Positions 27,794-32,000 of a DNA stretch of 32,000 nucleotides are shown here, one piece after another. Source of the DNA: Candidatus Heimdallarchaeota archaeon. Its GTDB lineage: Archaea > Asgardarchaeota > Heimdallarchaeia > JABLTI01. The position numbers and the translations under genes were made by a program. The stretch spans positions 1 through 32,000 of the forward strand of contig JAUWKS010000010.1 in NCBI GenBank assembly GCA_030614005.1. Reading direction: 5' to 3'. Numbering within the stretch: position 1 is the first letter of the stretch; each line of letters begins with the position of its first letter. The notes under the pieces were generated by a model, which had not been told where the DNA came from, made no database searches, and saw only the letters and a program-made list of their open reading frames with translations.

Positions 27794-28537
27794 ATGACTG
27801 AACAAGTCCTAGAAGCCAATATTGAGAAAATCATTGATGATGTACCAGCAAAGGAACTACTTTTGCTAAGCATACCTATTAGCATTCTTTTTGCAATATC
27901 TGGAATGGATTTCATCGGGTATTTTATTTATCTAATAACAAGAACTTCCAGCACAGAGATTTACTCGAGAAGTTTACTCAACGTATTACTAATTGGATTT
28001 CTATCAACAGCAATTGTGCTCTTCATCGTGCCCTTTTTAATTAATAATTTTCGATGGAAGAAATCTTTGGCTTATTTTGGCACACAGAAAGGTAATTGGA
28101 AAATAGGGTTAATAGTTGTAGGAGTTGTCATTCTATTCATGCCACTTTTGTATTTCAATTCGCAAGAACAAACAATGATAAACACCTATCCCTTGACAAA
28201 AGATGTTGTATTCTCATGGCCTGTATTTGCCCTCTACGAATTATCATATATTGTTTTTTATTACATTCCTTATGAATTCTATTTTAGAGGAGTACTACAA
28301 TTAGGGTTAAGCAAAACAAAGAAGAAATGGCAAAGTATTCTATTTGTTACAATTCATACAACAGTACTTCATATTACAAAACCTTGGGCAGAAATAGTAG
28401 CAGCATTGATTGCTGGGATATTATTTGGCATTTTAGCTGAGAAAACAGATTCTTGGGTTTATGTTTTCATTATTCACATTACTGCTGGAGTGGTAACAGA
28501 TACGTTTTGTGCTCTAGGGTATTTAGGAGTGCTTTAG
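27794..28537 (+). CDS. CPBP (Rce1/Abi-like) intramembrane glutamic protease
   Basis: PYEFYFRG, TTVLHITKP, IIHITAG...D. ATG at 27794 preferred over TTG at 27782. Confidence 0.85.
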   Translation: MTEQVLEANIEKIIDDVPAKELLLLSIPISILFAISGMDFIGYFIYLITRTSSTEIYSRSLLNVLLIGFLSTAIVLFIVPFLINNFRWKKSLAYFGTQKGNWKIGLIVVGVVILFMPLLYFNSQEQTMINTYPLTKDVVFSWPVFALYELSYIVFYYIPYEFYFRGVLQLGLSKTKKKWQSILFVTIHTTVLHITKPWAEIVAALIAGILFGILAEKTDSWVYVFIIHITAGVVTDTFCALGYLGVL

Positions 28538-28540
28538 CTT

Positions 28541-29587
28541 ATGGTAAAAACTGCACCAATAAAAACTACTCGAGTATTAATCACCGGAGCAAACGGTTTT
28601 GTTGGTAGTAATTTAACCAAACTTCTAAGTCGAGATCCATCTCTAGAAGTTCAAGCAATGGTACGTTCCAAAGATACCACAAGATTTCTGAAAGATTTTC
28701 AATACAAAGAAAACTCAACTGAAAAATGGTTTGAAATGGTTGAAGCTAATCTAAATGATGAAGAATCCATTTTTGAAGCTTGTAAGAACATAGATGTAAT
28801 TGTTCATTTAGCAGGATTAGTTAGTGATTGGGGTAAGAAAGATCGTTTTTGGGAAATGAATGTAGAAGGTACAAGAAAAGTGCTTTCTGGTGCAAGCAAA
28901 GCAAAAGTTAAGAGAGTACTCTATTTAAGTTCATTAACTGTGCATGGATTAAATGGTCATACATATGATACCGAGACTGCACCTCGAGAAGAAAAGAAAT
29001 TTGTTTATGGAATAACTAAGAAAATTGGGGAAGATTTGCTTTTTGAGTGGACGTCAAATAATCCAGAAGTAGATGGAGCAGTGATCCGACCGGGATACAT
29101 TATCTATGGTCCATATGACAGAAATTCTTACGTAAAAGCTCTAGATCAAATTGTTAAAGGAAGATTCGCACTGATCAATGGTGGAAGACGATTAGTATCC
29201 TATGTATATGTAGAGAACCTTTGTTATGGGATTGAACAATTAATTAAAGCAGAAAAGGTTAATGGTGCTTACAATGTCCTAGATGGAAACATGACTTGGA
29301 AGGAATGGATAGCTATCTGGGAAAAAGTAATCAATAGGAAAATATGGATAATTCGTACTCCTTACTTCCTTTTAGTTCCTATAACAGCTCTTATGGTTGG
29401 AATTTACAAATTATTTCGAATTAAGAAATCACCACTATTGAACTTCTACAGAATTAAGGTTATGCGGAAAGATTTAGCTTTTGTAAATAAGAGGATAAGA
29501 ACCGAGTTAGGTTACACTCCTCCAACAAAGCTAGAAGAAGGGATACAGAAAACTTTAGATTACTACAATAACAAATCTACAAACTAA
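28541..29587 (+). CDS. Extended SDR, NAD-dependent epimerase/3-beta-HSD-like (second copy)
   Basis: ITGANGFVG, HLAG, LSSLTV, YGITK, VIRPGYIIYGPYD, VYVENL. Confidence 0.92.
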   Translation: MVKTAPIKTTRVLITGANGFVGSNLTKLLSRDPSLEVQAMVRSKDTTRFLKDFQYKENSTEKWFEMVEANLNDEESIFEACKNIDVIVHLAGLVSDWGKKDRFWEMNVEGTRKVLSGASKAKVKRVLYLSSLTVHGLNGHTYDTETAPREEKKFVYGITKKIGEDLLFEWTSNNPEVDGAVIRPGYIIYGPYDRNSYVKALDQIVKGRFALINGGRRLVSYVYVENLCYGIEQLIKAEKVNGAYNVLDGNMTWKEWIAIWEKVINRKIWIIRTPYFLLVPITALMVGIYKLFRIKKSPLLNFYRIKVMRKDLAFVNKRIRTELGYTPPTKLEEGIQKTLDYYNNKSTN

Positions 29588-29666
29588 ATAAAGTTGGAAC
29601 AACTAACATTCAAATAAAAAAATTATTTTAATAAATATTAAAAGAATTGGCTATCTAAAATTTAAT

Positions 29667-30152
29667 TCACTTAATTGTACCATTCTCATTAAATTCTACA
29701 AGCATTCTGAATTTCTCCATAATGATTTCAGGAGTTTTTTGATAGTTTTTATAGGGAAATCCCCATTCAACACCTAAATCGTCATCGTAATCATCATACA
29801 AACCCATTTTTACTTCAGGTAACAATATGATTTCTTCCAAAATAAACGATGTAAAATTGAAAGATGTAGGAGTTTCACCTACACTTGATATATAGAGATT
29901 ATAAGTTGGACCGAGATTTTCAATTCCAGCCTCAATTTGGAGTCGATTTATCTTACGTTGTTCATCATAAGCCCAACGTGTTGACAATTGTTTTAAATGT
30001 TCGTCTATGTGTAAAGAACCTTTTTCCAGTTGTTCAATGAGATTAAAAATAACTGCAGTCTTTAAAACAAGTGGTTCAATTTTAACGATGTAAACTGCTT
30101 TCCCATCCTCATCGCTCCATAATCCGCACAATGCTTCTGGAAAGTCTTTCAT
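29667..30152 (-). CDS. Hypothetical protein
   Basis: 161-aa ORF with a distinctive acidic stretch MGLYDDYDDDLGVEWGFP; no family assigned. Confidence 0.65.
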   Translation of the reverse strand: MKDFPEALCGLWSDEDGKAVYIVKIEPLVLKTAVIFNLIEQLEKGSLHIDEHLKQLSTRWAYDEQRKINRLQIEAGIENLGPTYNLYISSVGETPTSFNFTSFILEEIILLPEVKMGLYDDYDDDLGVEWGFPYKNYQKTPEIIMEKFRMLVEFNENGTIK

Positions 30153-30351
30153 GAATGAACACCTTTGAATTCAAATAATATTAATTCTATTATATCTATT
30201 TTCAATCTTGTTTGTTATAATTAAGTGTGGAAAATACAATGTCCTTATTTGTCGGTTGAAAATCGATCCTCCATTTTAGCTAATGCCATAAACACAGAGT
30301 TTAAATTGTAAGACCGAATTGTTAAAGTTATAGTTTATTGAGGTAAGAAAT

Positions 30352-32000
30352 TTGATAAAACAAAAATTATACTCAAACCTTACAAGTGGATTGAAGAATA
30401 AGACTGCTAAAAGAATGCTCATATTTGTCTTTATTAATATGCTCTTATTACTCGCTACTCCATTAAGAAGTTCTGCAATAAATAGCGTTACAAATGAGAT
30501 TAAAACAATTAATCCAATAATCGATCCTGTTTATTCTATTGATGCTATTCCATTTCCAGAATCACGACTTATTAGAGTTGCAATTTATGATGAGCAAAAT
30601 CTAACTGCACCAAGTTATGATACAAGTTTTGGTGATATTAATAATAATATCTCAAATCTTGTTGATATTCTATCGGTAAATGAGCAAATAGATATTACAA
30701 TTGTGAATGCTCAAGAGATATCTGATAGAGTATTAAATACTGCAAACTTTGATGTTTTTGCAATGGTTGATAATAATCCACGGGAAAATATCACAAATAT
30801 GGTCATTGATTTCTGGCTCGCAGGTGGAGGAATAATAGCTTTCGACAGTCCAGCTGTTTTTCTATCTTATTTTGGGATTCTCCCTCCAGAAGCATTAGGA
30901 ACTAGTGGACGTCCAGCCTATTGGGATTTCGATTCGGATGGCTTTAATATAACCAATCGTCATCCTGTAGCAAAAGCTTACGATTTGGACACAAGCATTG
31001 TTGCTGATGGAGGTTATGGTTATTGTTCATGGGATTGGTCAGCACTAACTGGATCAGTAATTGCTAGCGATTTAATACCAATAGCACATAGTAAAAGTGA
31101 TGCGAACGAAATTACCGTACTAGGTTTCGACCCAACAGATCGAGGTGGAAAAATAGTTTCAATTGGTTTTGATCTTGATCATGAAGAAATTCCAGAACTT
31201 GATCAGCTAATTCGCGATGCTGTTGATTGGTTAGCTCCTCGACCTAAAGCAAAAATAGCTTTCGATATGTCACACAAACCTCGACGCAGTATTGATACTT
31301 GGGATACATATTCTGATTATCCTGGTAGTTATGCTATAATGAGAGATTTACTCGTTAGTCATGGTTATACTGTCGATAAGTTATATGATGTTCCATCAGG
31401 AGATAATTTCACATATGATAGATTAAGTAAATTTGATATGCTCATCTGTGAATCACCAGATATTAACTATACAGCAGGAGATATAGCAGCAATGGAAGCA
31501 TGGATTACAGATGGAGGTTCACTGCTCGCTGTTAGTGACAATCCAATATTTTCATTTAAAATTGGTGGTGAGCAACTCAACTCATTACTTAATCCATTTG
31601 AGATGTCCGTTGTAGAAGGACCAATGGTTACAACAACCTTCACTGAATTCACAAAACACCCTACCACAGAAGGTGCGACAGATCTCTATTTTGCCAATTA
31701 TGGATATATCAATATCACTGGTTCTGCTGTTCCAATTTGGAATGATGGTCCTAACACAAATATCGTCGTTGCTAGCAACGAGTATGGTGACGGACGAGCT
31801 GTTCTCACAACAGACATTAATTGGATCCAAGATACGTATATAGTTAATGCAGATAATGAACAATTTATACTCAATTTAGCAAATTGGCTTACAGCTGCAA
31901 CAGCAGATGTGTTAATTTACGTAGACTGGAGTGTTTCTCCAAATTTCTATAAATCTCCACTGGCATTAGCTTTGAATGATTTAGGTATCAACTATTACTT
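30352..32000 (+). CDS. Secreted protein with tandem class I GATase-like / GIFT (DUF4350-like) domains, runs off the right edge (not in ORF track)
   Basis: GAGGT RBS then TTG at 30352; hand translation is stop-free to 32000. Signal peptide, then domains with FDVFAMVD...FWLAGGGII and IAFDMSH...LSKFDMLICESP...WITDGGSLL...YGDGRAVLTTDINW...NLANWL. Confidence 0.8.
   Translation, partial: MIKQKLYSNLTSGLKNKTAKRMLIFVFINMLLLLATPLRSSAINSVTNEIKTINPIIDPVYSIDAIPFPESRLIRVAIYDEQNLTAPSYDTSFGDINNNISNLVDILSVNEQIDITIVNAQEISDRVLNTANFDVFAMVDNNPRENITNMVIDFWLAGGGIIAFDSPAVFLSYFGILPPEALGTSGRPAYWDFDSDGFNITNRHPVAKAYDLDTSIVADGGYGYCSWDWSALTGSVIASDLIPIAHSKSDANEITVLGFDPTDRGGKIVSIGFDLDHEEIPELDQLIRDAVDWLAPRPKAKIAFDMSHKPRRSIDTWDTYSDYPGSYAIMRDLLVSHGYTVDKLYDVPSGDNFTYDRLSKFDMLICESPDINYTAGDIAAMEAWITDGGSLLAVSDNPIFSFKIGGEQLNSLLNPFEMSVVEGPMVTTTFTEFTKHPTTEGATDLYFANYGYINITGSAVPIWNDGPNTNIVVASNEYGDGRAVLTTDINWIQDTYIVNADNEQFILNLANWLTAATADVLIYVDWSVSPNFYKSPLALALNDLGINYY

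Noticed and set aside
1454-29587. A sterol-like pathway linking the cyclase with the two 3-beta-HSD-like SDRs
   Set aside because: They are about 25 kb apart, no squalene synthase, epoxidase or oxidosqualene cyclase is present, and extended SDRs are very widespread.
3107-31863. Short antisense or alternate-frame ORFs in the track (e.g. 3107-3391, 5722-6018, 8322-8738, 11751-12107, 16015-16215, 22142-22393, 31585-31863)
   Set aside because: They lie within or opposite well-supported genes, lack RBSs and show no motifs; typical shadow ORFs.
1-32000. tRNA, rRNA, IS or transposase, integrase or att sites
   Set aside because: No cloverleaf/T-loop pattern, no long GC-rich non-coding tract and no transposase-like ORF were seen; a tRNAscan or Infernal run would be needed to be certain.

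Overview
AT-rich archaeal genomic window, most likely an Asgard archaeon (Heimdallarchaeia-like). This assignment is inference from TATA/BRE-type promoters, GGAGG/GGTGA ribosome-binding sites and the repertoire of TPR, 24-residue LRR, long-tailed winged-helix and C-terminally anchored surface proteins. It is an accessory region with no rRNA, tRNA, CRISPR array or mobile element that I can see. Left to right: a partial TPR protein; a broken GNAT/YoaP-like gene; an intact PaxB/Pyr4-family membrane terpene cyclase homologue; TetR with a divergent MacB/LolCDE-type ABC pair and a perfect 26-bp operator; patatin, alpha/beta hydrolase, HIT, ZIP and SDR genes; an ABC-2 transporter coupled to a large FG-GAP/PQQ-type beta-propeller surface protein; an LRR protein; two paralogous surface glycoproteins; a 5'-truncated OppA-like gene; two paralogous winged-helix regulators bracketing an unannotated operon of three 34-36 aa peptides; MBL hydrolase, PIG-L deacetylase and a 5'-truncated AOR; an SDR-CPBP-SDR operon; and a partial secreted GATase-like/GIFT repeat protein. 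The two best leads are the three-micropeptide operon, with its own promoter, terminator and repeated TTCT-N10-AGAA operator between the paralogous regulators, and the stand-alone PaxB/Pyr4-type cyclase.
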